From: Deltaproteobacteria bacterium
Lineage (GTDB): Bacteria; Myxococcota; Kuafuiibacteriia; Kuafuiibacteriales; Kuafuiibacteriaceae
NCBI GenBank assembly: GCA_016713425.1
Contig: JADJPE010000005.1
Coordinates: forward strand, 512,294-576,293
DNA: 64,000 nt
Reading direction: 5' to 3'
Under the pieces are notes generated by a model. The model was not told where the DNA came from. It searched no databases and saw only the letters and a program-made list of their open reading frames with translations. Position numbers and translations under genes: made by a program. This document shows, piece after piece, positions 56,592 to 64,000 of this stretch. Positions within the stretch are counted from its first letter, which is position 1; every line of letters starts with the position of its first letter.

Positions 56592-57194
56592 TCAGCGCTT
56601 GCGCTTCTTGAGGCGGCGAAGGATGACCTGGATCTCCTTCTTCAGCTCGGGGTCGGTGCCGAGCTCCATCAGAGCTGCCCGCGTACGCGGGTCTTCAGAG
56701 CGCCCAAGAGCACTGAGCAGCAAGATGCGGCTCGGGCCATGCCGCTCGTCACGCACAAGCCCGAGCATCTCATCGATGACCTCATCGTCGGCGACAACCG
56801 AGATGGCAACGGCGAGTCCGTCCTTGGCGTCCCGCTCGCCTTCGTTTCGGTAGAGTCGGGTCAGCACGTCCCACGCGAACTTCGACTCCGGGACGGCCAA
56901 TGCCCGGGCGATGCCTTCGCGCACACGGCTTGGGTAGGAGCGTTGCAGATGGTCCACCAAGATGGGCAGGGCATCGGGGTACGGCGCGGACGTGTTCACG
57001 AGGTCCCAGGCCGAATCGACCTCGAAGCCCGCAGCCCTGAGTTCCTCGACCAATGGAGCCTCTGCACGTTGCCATTCGGCTGCACGTGCCTGTCGTTCGG
57101 CCTCTTCCCGCGCCCGCTTCGCGACAAACTCCGGGTCGGAGTTCAGCCTGGCCATCAACTCCGCTGCGCTCACAGGCTTCTTCTTGTTGCTCAT
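56592..57194 (-). CDS. Putative immunity protein (HEAT/ARM-like repeats) for the REase-type toxin
   Basis: 200-aa helical-repeat protein whose ATG overlaps the toxin stop (ATGA at 57191..57194). Confidence 0.65.
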   Translation of the reverse strand: MSNKKKPVSAAELMARLNSDPEFVAKRAREEAERQARAAEWQRAEAPLVEELRAAGFEVDSAWDLVNTSAPYPDALPILVDHLQRSYPSRVREGIARALAVPESKFAWDVLTRLYRNEGERDAKDGLAVAISVVADDEVIDEMLGLVRDERHGPSRILLLSALGRSEDPRTRAALMELGTDPELKKEIQVILRRLKKRKR

Positions 57195-58177
57195 GGGATG
57201 AACCTCAAGTTGATGGTTCCCTGCGGAACTGCTTCTTGGAGAGCCCCGCTGAGCGTCGTATTTGGGCGCACGTACAGATCGAACCTGCGCCCCCTCTGTT
57301 GGGCAAAGTCTGCGAAGTCGCGGAGCTGCCGCGAGAAGCTCAGCGATTTGACGTTCTTGACCTCACTCAGGACCGTGTTCGTCAACCCGTCCGGGATTCG
57401 ATTGCGACCGTTGACGAGGATCTTGGCGTTGTCGCCGATATTGTAGGCGGCCGGCACGGCACTCTCACCGGCCTGGCCGACGCGGACTACCTGAGCACCT
57501 CCCCTTGCGGCGTCTGCGGCCCGATCGCCTGCGCGGACGGCGCCGATCGACCAAGCCAGGAAGAGCCCGTTCGACCAGGACGGCTCGTTCCAAAGATCAT
57601 GGAGAGAGACACCGATGTCGATGGCGTCGAGGATGGTCTCGACCGGGACTCGGCCGGTGGCGTCGTTGTAGCGGTAAGGATTGTTGAGGCCGTAGGCGAA
57701 GCGGTTGAATCCATCGGGCTTTGTAACATCGACCTCGAGAAGCGAAGCCGGGTCCTGGCTGAGGAAGCGACCGTACCTCGGGTCGTAGAAGCGCTCGCCC
57801 AGCTCATAGAGTCCAGTGGGCTCGAGCGGGCGGTCGAGGAACTTCGAATGCCCGCTCGCCGACGCCGAACCGTCGACGTCACCGAACGGACGCGGCGAGT
57901 CGCGCCAGACGACCTGACCGTCGCGGTTCGTGACGGCGAGGATCGCGCCGTGCGCATCGTGGTGAAAGAACCGAACGTCTTCCGTTGATTGCTGGGCGAA
58001 GGCGGAGGACGTCGCGGCCGGAATGACCGCCGTCCACGACAGCAACAGCGCGAGACTCGACGCAAGGAATCGGCTTGCTTCGCCCTTCAAGCTCTTCGCA
58101 CTTCGCATGGCTTTCAGATCGCTCACGCCTTTCAGAACTCTAGGTTCCTTCGGAACCCGCAGTGTGTCTTGGCTCAT
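57191..58177 (-). CDS. Mini-Rhs toxin 2: signal-like N-terminus + RHS-core region + restriction-endonuclease-fold C-terminal toxin
   Basis: FLASSLALLLSWTAVIPAATSSAFA, then FYDPRYGRFLSQDP...NRFAYGLNNPYRYNDATG. The C-terminus is NGRNRIPDGLTNTVLSEVKNVKSLSFSRQLRDFADFAQQRGRRFDLYVRP (Tox-REase-like D...E.K pattern). An alternative start is ATG 58108. Confidence 0.75.
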   Translation of the reverse strand: MSQDTLRVPKEPRVLKGVSDLKAMRSAKSLKGEASRFLASSLALLLSWTAVIPAATSSAFAQQSTEDVRFFHHDAHGAILAVTNRDGQVVWRDSPRPFGDVDGSASASGHSKFLDRPLEPTGLYELGERFYDPRYGRFLSQDPASLLEVDVTKPDGFNRFAYGLNNPYRYNDATGRVPVETILDAIDIGVSLHDLWNEPSWSNGLFLAWSIGAVRAGDRAADAARGGAQVVRVGQAGESAVPAAYNIGDNAKILVNGRNRIPDGLTNTVLSEVKNVKSLSFSRQLRDFADFAQQRGRRFDLYVRPNTTLSGALQEAVPQGTINLRFIP

Positions 58178-58195
58178 TACCTTGCTTTGCCTCGG
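57536..58195 (-). repeat. Constant region of the mini-Rhs cassettes (copy A)
   Basis: Near-identical by eye to 60253..60910. It runs from about 20 nt upstream of the first ATG to the WSIGAV codons. Confidence 0.85.
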
Positions 58196-58788
58196 CAGTC
58201 TCGTCTCATCACGCTGCGCTGCGCTGCGTAGACCATGGGTCGTCACGAGACTTCGATGCCGGGCAAAGCGCTGCGTGAGGCGGATGTTCTTGGTGAGCGC
58301 GTAGAGGTTTGTCACCGCCGAGGGGCGAAAACATATGGAAGGTCACGCGGCGCTCGAATCCGGCCCCGTCCTGCCACACGGTGACGCCGTGGCGGACCTG
58401 CCGCAGCGACAGGCGACGGCCCAGGCGGCTGACGAAGAGCGGGCCTTCATCGTCGAGGCATTCGCACTCGCGGGCCTTCCACTGGTGGAATCGGCGGAGC
58501 TTGCCGCGCAGGGACTCGCTGACCAGGACCTCCTGCGTACCGCCCGTTCGCTGTGCCCCTTTGAACACGCTCAGCAGCAGCCTGCGTCTGGGCCGACCGT
58601 CCCGAAACGCATCCCCGACCGAGAGCCCTGATGAGCTCGTGCTCGCGCAGGCCCGTGCCGAGGGCCGTGGCGTACAGCACATGATCGCGACAGCCCGCTC
58701 GGTGCTCGCCGGTGACCTTGAGCAGGGCTCTCTGCTCGCGTTCGGTCAAGGTCCGTGGGGTGCGTGTCGAGTCGGCGTAGTTCGCCAT
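58177..58788 (-). pseudogene. Catalytic-domain-only tyrosine recombinase, split over three or more frames
   Basis: The pieces read [53 protein letters not shown], then [22 protein letters not shown]...LSLRQVRHGVTVWQDGAGFERRVTFHMF, then VTNLYALTKNIRLTQRFARHRSLVTT. The Arg / H-x-x-R / Tyr-region order fits the integrase family. A TAA in the last frame overlaps the toxin ATG (TAATG, 58175..58179). Confidence 0.7.
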
Positions 58789-58864
58789 CCTTGGGCATGA
58801 GGAAGGCGTGCGCCGTTGCCGAATGCAAGCCGATGTGCCAAGGACGACGCTCTGTTATCGTCAG

Positions 58865-59464
58865 ATGATGGAGGCGCACGGAAATCCGAAGCTCAGCAAG
58901 TTCATGAGCTTCGTTCTTCGGCACAGGCCCGACGCCATCGGATTGGCGCTCGATCAACAGGGATGGGCGTCGATCGACGAGCTGGTCCTCAAGAGCAATG
59001 CCGCCGGCCACAGCTTCAGTCGCGACGACTTGATCCACGTGGTCAACACCAGCGAGAAGCGGCGCTTCACGCTTTCAGCCGATGGCCACAGAATTCGCGC
59101 CGCACAGGGGCACTCCGTCACCATCGACCTCGGCTTGTCGAAGCAGGAGCCTCCCACAGACCTCTATCACGGGACTGCGCGGCGCTTTCTGCGGTCGATT
59201 CTGTCAGATGGGCTGAGTCCGCAGGCCCGCCAACAGGTTCACCTCTCGGTCGATGCAGCCACCGCGAAGATCGTCGGCCAGCGCCACGGCGATCCAGTTG
59301 TCCTCACGGTGGATGCACATCGCATGCATGCTGCCGGCTTCCAGTTCTACGTCGCCGACAACGGCGTATGGCTGGCCGATCACGTGCCAGCTGAGTTCAT
59401 GGGCGTATCGTCCAGCGACGCGGATTCCGCTACAACCTCTAGGCATCCAAAGCCATCGAGGTAG
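58865..59464 (+). CDS. kptA: RNA 2'-phosphotransferase (Tpt1/KptA family)
   Basis: KLSKFMSFVLRHRPDAIGLALDQQGWASIDELV, FTLSADGHRIRAAQGHS, LYHGTARRFLRSILSDGL, VHLS and VVLTVDA are the conserved Tpt1 blocks. Its 3' tail overlaps the convergent immunity ORF by about 85 nt. Confidence 0.85.
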   Translation: MMEAHGNPKLSKFMSFVLRHRPDAIGLALDQQGWASIDELVLKSNAAGHSFSRDDLIHVVNTSEKRRFTLSADGHRIRAAQGHSVTIDLGLSKQEPPTDLYHGTARRFLRSILSDGLSPQARQQVHLSVDAATAKIVGQRHGDPVVLTVDAHRMHAAGFQFYVADNGVWLADHVPAEFMGVSSSDADSATTSRHPKPSR

Positions 59465-59778
59465 ACGATGAAGTGGCGCATCGTCCAGTGATCACGCCAT
59501 TCAGGAACCGCATCCTTGCGCAGCTCTTCAACCCACTCCGAAGGCTTGACCTCGCAGACTGTGTCGTAGGCGTCCTTGACGTGCCATGAGGTGCAGTACG
59601 TTTCCTCCCGCTTGCGAAACGCTCGCGGCTTGTTGAAGAGCAGGCCCACCTGCCGCTCGCGACCATCATCATCGCACACCAAGGAAACAAGAAGTCCTCG
59701 GTCTGCGTCGACCAGTGTCGGACCGCGCATTGCGGCAGTGGAAGGGCATGGCAGCATCAAGAGCGGTAGCTTTTCCAT
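59380..59778 (-). CDS. Putative immunity protein for mini-Rhs toxin 1
   Basis: 132 aa starting at ATG 59778, which shares one base with the toxin stop (TGATG). No motif recognised. Confidence 0.6.
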   Translation of the reverse strand: MEKLPLLMLPCPSTAAMRGPTLVDADRGLLVSLVCDDDGRERQVGLLFNKPRAFRKREETYCTSWHVKDAYDTVCEVKPSEWVEELRKDAVPEWRDHWTMRHFIVYLDGFGCLEVVAESASLDDTPMNSAGT

Positions 59779-60896
59779 CACATCCCCCCCGAGCGCCGTA
59801 CGGTCGCTGCGCCCGCACTGGTCAGCCCATTGCGCTGCAGCTGGCCTGTGAGCATGTTCTCGAACACCTCCTGGCCTGTTCGATTGACCGCGTTCCACGC
59901 CGACCGCGGAATACCGGCCGCCTCGAGGGCCTGTGCAGAGCGAGTGTTCAGGATGAGCGTATTGCCGTCGCGCACGATGTAGTTGATGGGCACTTCGGAT
60001 GGACTCATGGCACCCGCGCGAAGAGCCGCCGCTACGTCATCGACGCTTCTGCCAGCAAATGCCCCGCCTCGGCTGAACATGGACCCGAACGTCTTCTGCG
60101 CGAAGTTTGCGCCTTCGAGCGCAGTCCCCCTTGCGGCATCTGCGACGTGGTCGCCTACGCGGACGGCGTCGGTAACATCGCTTGCGGTGTCGACGTGCTT
60201 TCCGGCTTTGGCGACGCGTCGCACCCAGGCGCCTGGAATATAGGGAAGGAGGACGGCGCCGATCGACCAAGCCAGGAAGAGCCCGTTCGACCAGGACGGC
60301 TCGTTCCAGAGATCATGGAGAGAGACACCGATGTCGATGGCGTCGAGGATGGTCTCGACCGGGACTCGGCCGGTGGCGTCGTTGTAGCGGTAAGGATTGT
60401 TGAGGCCGTAGGCGAAGCGGTTGAATCCATCGGGCTTTGTAACATCGACCTCGAGAAGCGAAGCCGGGTCTTGGCTGAGGAAGCGACCGTACCTCGGGTC
60501 GTAGAAGCGCTCGCCCAGCTCATAGAGTCCAGTGGGCTCGAGCGGGCGGTCGAGGAACTTCGAATGCCCGCTCGCCGACGCCGAACCGTCGACGTCACCG
60601 AACGGACGCGGCGAGTCGCGCCAGACGACCTGACCGTCGCGGTTCGTGACGGCGAGGATCGCGCCGTGCGCATCGTGGTGAAAGAACCGAACGTCTTCCG
60701 TTGATTGCTGGGCGAAGGCGGAGGACGTCGCGGCCGGAATGACCGCCGTCCACGACAGCAAGAGCGCGAGGCTCGACGCAAGGAATCGTCTTGCTTCGCC
60801 CTTCAAGCTCTTCGCACTTCGCATGGCTTTCAGATCGCTCACGCCTTTCAGAACTCTAGGATCCTTCGGAACCCGCACTGTGTCTTGCCTCATCAC
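59778..60896 (-). CDS. Mini-Rhs toxin 1: signal-like N-terminus + RHS-core region + unclassified C-terminal toxin domain
   Basis: The N-terminal ~220 aa are almost identical to toxin 2. After WSIGAV it diverges into ...GANFAQKTFGSMFSRGGAFAGRSVDDVAAALRAGAMSPSEVPINYIVRDGNTLILNTRSAQALEAAGIPRSAWNAVNRTG... An alternative start is ATG 60824. Confidence 0.75.
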   Translation of the reverse strand: MMRQDTVRVPKDPRVLKGVSDLKAMRSAKSLKGEARRFLASSLALLLSWTAVIPAATSSAFAQQSTEDVRFFHHDAHGAILAVTNRDGQVVWRDSPRPFGDVDGSASASGHSKFLDRPLEPTGLYELGERFYDPRYGRFLSQDPASLLEVDVTKPDGFNRFAYGLNNPYRYNDATGRVPVETILDAIDIGVSLHDLWNEPSWSNGLFLAWSIGAVLLPYIPGAWVRRVAKAGKHVDTASDVTDAVRVGDHVADAARGTALEGANFAQKTFGSMFSRGGAFAGRSVDDVAAALRAGAMSPSEVPINYIVRDGNTLILNTRSAQALEAAGIPRSAWNAVNRTGQEVFENMLTGQLQRNGLTSAGAATVRRSGGM

Positions 60897-60910
60897 GTTG
60901 CTTTGCCTCG
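60253..60910 (-). repeat. Constant region of the mini-Rhs cassettes (copy B)
   Basis: Near-identical by eye to 57536..58195. Confidence 0.85.
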
Positions 60911-60957
60911 TTGTGTTGCGCTGCGTCGCGTCTTGTCTTGCCGAGTCCGCTGATCCG

Positions 60958-63900
60958 CTACTCGTTGAGCCATATCTGAAGCGCCACGTGATCCTGTTCT
61001 CCCTGAATGTAGCCTGAGGCGATCAGGTCGAGGTCGCCATCCCCGTCGATGTCGGCCAACGACGCATCGCTCGGAAGATCCGCTTGTACCTCGACCCAGG
61101 ATCCGCGCGAAGGACTCGGTTCGTTGAGTCGGTTCTCAAAGACAAACGATCCGACCACCGCGTCGAGGTCTCCGTCGCCATCCAAATCCCCGAGACTCGC
61201 GATACCGGCACGAACCGGTATGTTCCCTTGCATCAGTGTCCCTTCCCCAGACGGATTGCGGGCCTGATTCACAAGGACGCCGAGGTATGTGTGTGAACCA
61301 CGCGTCTCTGGGAAGACGAAGTCAAGGAGTCCGTCACCGTTGACGTCGCCGCTTTCGGCCCCCGGCGATAGTGGGCTGGAGGCGCGCGCCGCGACGAAGG
61401 CAAAAGGTTCGTCGTTACGCAGCCACTCGCGTCGACCGCCTCCCCACACATCCAAGTCGCCATCGCGATCCCAGTCGGCCAAGAGAACCGTTTCCCCGAA
61501 CGTCGACTCCGCGAGTCTAAGGATGTGGCCGAGATGGCCTCGGCCGTCCTCGTTCACCATCCCGTAGACCCCATCACTAAACGACCATACCGCATCGAGG
61601 TCGCCGTCTTGGTCGAGATCGCCCAGCGTCCAATCCGTCATGCCTCGGCCGCCGTTCGGTGGAAGCGCGACGCTCGAACCGGAGGGTGTGAAGTGGCCGG
61701 ATCCGTCGTTGGTGAGGACCATGGGTCCAGTATCGCGTCTCCAGATGAGTGCGTCGAGATCACCATCCATGTCAAGGTCTCCGAGCCGAGCGAACGCCCC
61801 GCATGGCCGGGCGACCGGCTCGAGAACGCTCTCAAAGACCGCGTCGATCGGCGGCTCAGGGGGCGGGCCAGAGTCCGAGCCGGATGCCGGGTGGGAGGCA
61901 ACCTGGAAGCCGCCTTCGTTCCGCCAGACTCGAACGTCGCACTGCACGGCGCCCAACATTAAGATGTCGACGTCGCCATCGCCATCGAGATCGCCGAGCA
62001 CCCTCTTGCCTCTCGATATGCGCCACGAACGCCGTGCCCTGGCGAAGCCGCGAACGTTAGCGGTACCACCAACCCCACTGGCGCTGCCAGAACCACCGGC
62101 ACCGCTAAGACCACTGGCGCCATCGGCGGCCGCTCGGAACTCGAAGACTTGGGGTGTGATCGACGCACCGTCCTCGGCGTATCGGATTCCAGACGTCAGG
62201 CTCACGCTGACGCGCTCACCGGCCTTCATCAAATACGTTGGTCGAAAGTGCGCCTCGCGACCCACGACCGAATAGTCTCCTTCGAGTCGACCGGTGAGCG
62301 CACCGTGCACGACGAAGGTGTCTGAATTCACGGACGTCGGATCGAGGTGCGCTCCGAATCGATGCACGATCTCGCCATCACGCGGGAACGCGTTCGTGTT
62401 TCGGATGCCTGCATCGAGCGTCGCGCGGACGCCGACTTGATAGGCACGTGTGCCCAGGCAAAGATGAAACGCCGTTGACCACGCGCCCGGCGCACCGCCT
62501 CGAAGCGACACCGGAACCTCGATCGACCCGTTCGCGGGGATCGTGACGGGGAAGGTTGCATCGACCGTCACCCCGAGCACGTTGCCTGGCGAAGTAGCCA
62601 ACGTGACGGCATCGGATGAACGGTTAGATATCCGAAGGACGCGCGTGTTCTCGATCCCAACCTCCACGGCGCCGAGATCGATCACGGACGGCTCGATGTG
62701 CACCGGGTCGAGGTTGATCTCCGCGATCCTTCGACCCATCGCGACAACGTATTCCTTCAGCATCATGCCCGACTCGGTGCTTTCGGCGATCCGCTGGCCG
62801 TATTGGTCGTAGTGGTAAAGGATGGTCTCTTCGCCGCCGCACGGCGTGCTCGCCGTCGTGCGCCCGCGGCGCCCAAGGCCGTCGTAGGCATAGTCATATG
62901 TATTCGCGCGACGCGGGCTCACCGCATCGGAGGCCTGGGTCAGTCGTCCCTCGCGGTCGTATCGGAAGGTCCGCCCGACCTGCATCCATTGAGGTTGTCC
63001 GAGGTCGCCGACTCTCGTCTCCGAGATTGCGGCGCCGCCTTCCGTATAGCTGATCAACTCACCGGTGCCTCCTCCTGCTCCTGCTCCGACTCCGCCGACA
63101 CCGCTCCGAATGCTTGAGAGCATGCCACCGGGGCGCGTGTACTCATACGTCGTCTCGGCACCGTTCGTTCGCATGAATGTCCGGTCGCCCGCCTTGTTGT
63201 ACCCGTACTCGAGGAGACCCCAGGGCCCCTCGGCGCGTTCGAGGCGATCGCGCGCATCGTACGTGAATCGCTTCGAGTTGCTTGGCGTGAGCGTGTCGTC
63301 CACGCGCTCGAGGTTGCCGACCGCGTCGTGTTCGTAGTCGAGCGATGCGATCTCGCCGGACCCGATCGCACTCGACCACACGGAGAGGCGATCAGGCCGA
63401 CGTCGTTCGTCGAGCGTCAAGACGCTTTCGGCGCCATTCGCATAAACGATGCGGCGTGGCTGACCGAGCGCATGGTACTCGACGAGGTCGAGGTATCCAT
63501 CGACGCCCACGAGCCGATTGGCGCTGTCATATCGAGACCGCACGATGCGCCCCGAAGGATACGTGACTTCGATCGGGTTGCCTCGGTCGTCGTATCGATA
63601 TCGGGTCACGTACTCGACGCCACCCGTCGTCAGCGTCTCCGTCTCTATGCGGCCCGAAGGGGTGTACGTGAAGGCACGTTCCCCAACGCGGTCCGCCATC
63701 GAGACCATCTGATCGGCCAGCGCATCGTACGCGTATGTGGCATGGACCCCCTCGGAACCGTGATCGACGGCCGTTCTTCGGCCCATGGCGTCGAGCGCGT
63801 AGGTCGCCACGAAGGGTCGACTTCGTTCGGGCGTTGCGTCGGTGCACAAGCCTCGGGCATCGCGACATCGAAGCCTCCCCAAGCCATCGTACCCGAACCC

Positions 63901-63999
63901 GCGACGACCCGTTTCCGGTGATGTTTCCGAGGCGACTTGTTTCTGTGCGTTGTAGCGAATCTGACGCGTGCGGCCGCCCACTCGGATCGTCTCGAGCAG
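60958..63999 (-). CDS. Large YD/Rhs-repeat protein ending in Ig-like and seven FG-GAP/VCBS repeats (5' partial, open to the window end)
   Basis: YD repeats (YDGLGRL, RYRYDDRGNPIEVTYPSGR, FTYDARDRLERA, FRYDREGRL, YDYAYDGLGRR, YHYDQYGQRIAE) are followed by Ig-like segments. Then come GDLDGDGDVD, GDLDMDGDLD, GDLDQDGDLD, ADWDRDGDLD, GDVNGDGLLD, GDLDGDGDLD and ADIDGDGDLD. There is no stop between 63981 and the window edge. Confidence 0.85.
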   Translation of the reverse strand: MLETIRVGGRTRQIRYNAQKQVASETSPETGRRGFGYDGLGRLRCRDARGLCTDATPERSRPFVATYALDAMGRRTAVDHGSEGVHATYAYDALADQMVSMADRVGERAFTYTPSGRIETETLTTGGVEYVTRYRYDDRGNPIEVTYPSGRIVRSRYDSANRLVGVDGYLDLVEYHALGQPRRIVYANGAESVLTLDERRRPDRLSVWSSAIGSGEIASLDYEHDAVGNLERVDDTLTPSNSKRFTYDARDRLERAEGPWGLLEYGYNKAGDRTFMRTNGAETTYEYTRPGGMLSSIRSGVGGVGAGAGGGTGELISYTEGGAAISETRVGDLGQPQWMQVGRTFRYDREGRLTQASDAVSPRRANTYDYAYDGLGRRGRTTASTPCGGEETILYHYDQYGQRIAESTESGMMLKEYVVAMGRRIAEINLDPVHIEPSVIDLGAVEVGIENTRVLRISNRSSDAVTLATSPGNVLGVTVDATFPVTIPANGSIEVPVSLRGGAPGAWSTAFHLCLGTRAYQVGVRATLDAGIRNTNAFPRDGEIVHRFGAHLDPTSVNSDTFVVHGALTGRLEGDYSVVGREAHFRPTYLMKAGERVSVSLTSGIRYAEDGASITPQVFEFRAAADGASGLSGAGGSGSASGVGGTANVRGFARARRSWRISRGKRVLGDLDGDGDVDILMLGAVQCDVRVWRNEGGFQVASHPASGSDSGPPPEPPIDAVFESVLEPVARPCGAFARLGDLDMDGDLDALIWRRDTGPMVLTNDGSGHFTPSGSSVALPPNGGRGMTDWTLGDLDQDGDLDAVWSFSDGVYGMVNEDGRGHLGHILRLAESTFGETVLLADWDRDGDLDVWGGGRREWLRNDEPFAFVAARASSPLSPGAESGDVNGDGLLDFVFPETRGSHTYLGVLVNQARNPSGEGTLMQGNIPVRAGIASLGDLDGDGDLDAVVGSFVFENRLNEPSPSRGSWVEVQADLPSDASLADIDGDGDLDLIASGYIQGEQDHVALQIWLNE

Positions 64000-64000
64000 T

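Noticed and set aside
1-64000. tRNA, rRNA and tmRNA genes
   Set aside because: A scan of intergenic regions by eye for T-loop-like GGTTCGAATCC-type motifs and for rRNA-like conserved stretches found nothing. This is not a substitute for tRNAscan or Infernal.

Overview
High-GC bacterial chromosome segment that looks myxobacterial (MYXO-CTERM-like sorting tail, Pro/Ala/Arg-rich low-complexity inserts, many antisense shadow ORFs). It falls into three zones. (1) 1-11.65 kb is a mobile-element graveyard. A partial IS110 sits inside a deleted IS91/ISCR-like copy, followed by a flavoprotein cargo gene and intron/IS debris. A second, frameshifted IS91-like copy follows; its right-end hairpin is invaded by a group II intron that itself carries a second group II intron inside its reverse-transcriptase gene. 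(2) 11.65-55.8 kb is mostly chromosomal: a class-3 lipase; a ten-gene co-directional block containing a FAAL / SDR / ACP / acyl-CoA dehydrogenase / B12-radical-SAM / radical-SAM set; speA; pcnB; an RlmI-like methyltransferase; M2 (ACE-like) and M1 (PepN) peptidases; a REC-DUF4388 regulator; a TPR-fused TonB-dependent receptor; and an Slt-type lytic transglycosylase. (3) 55.8-64 kb is an Rhs/YD polymorphic-toxin locus with two complete and one vestigial mini-Rhs toxin/immunity cassettes, interleaved with decayed tyrosine-recombinase genes and a kptA/tpt1 gene. I saw no rRNA, tRNA or CRISPR array. The most novel-looking items are the recombinase-linked toxin cassette array and the radical-SAM lipid-type cluster. 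All similarity statements come from reading the sequence and translations by eye; no database search was run.
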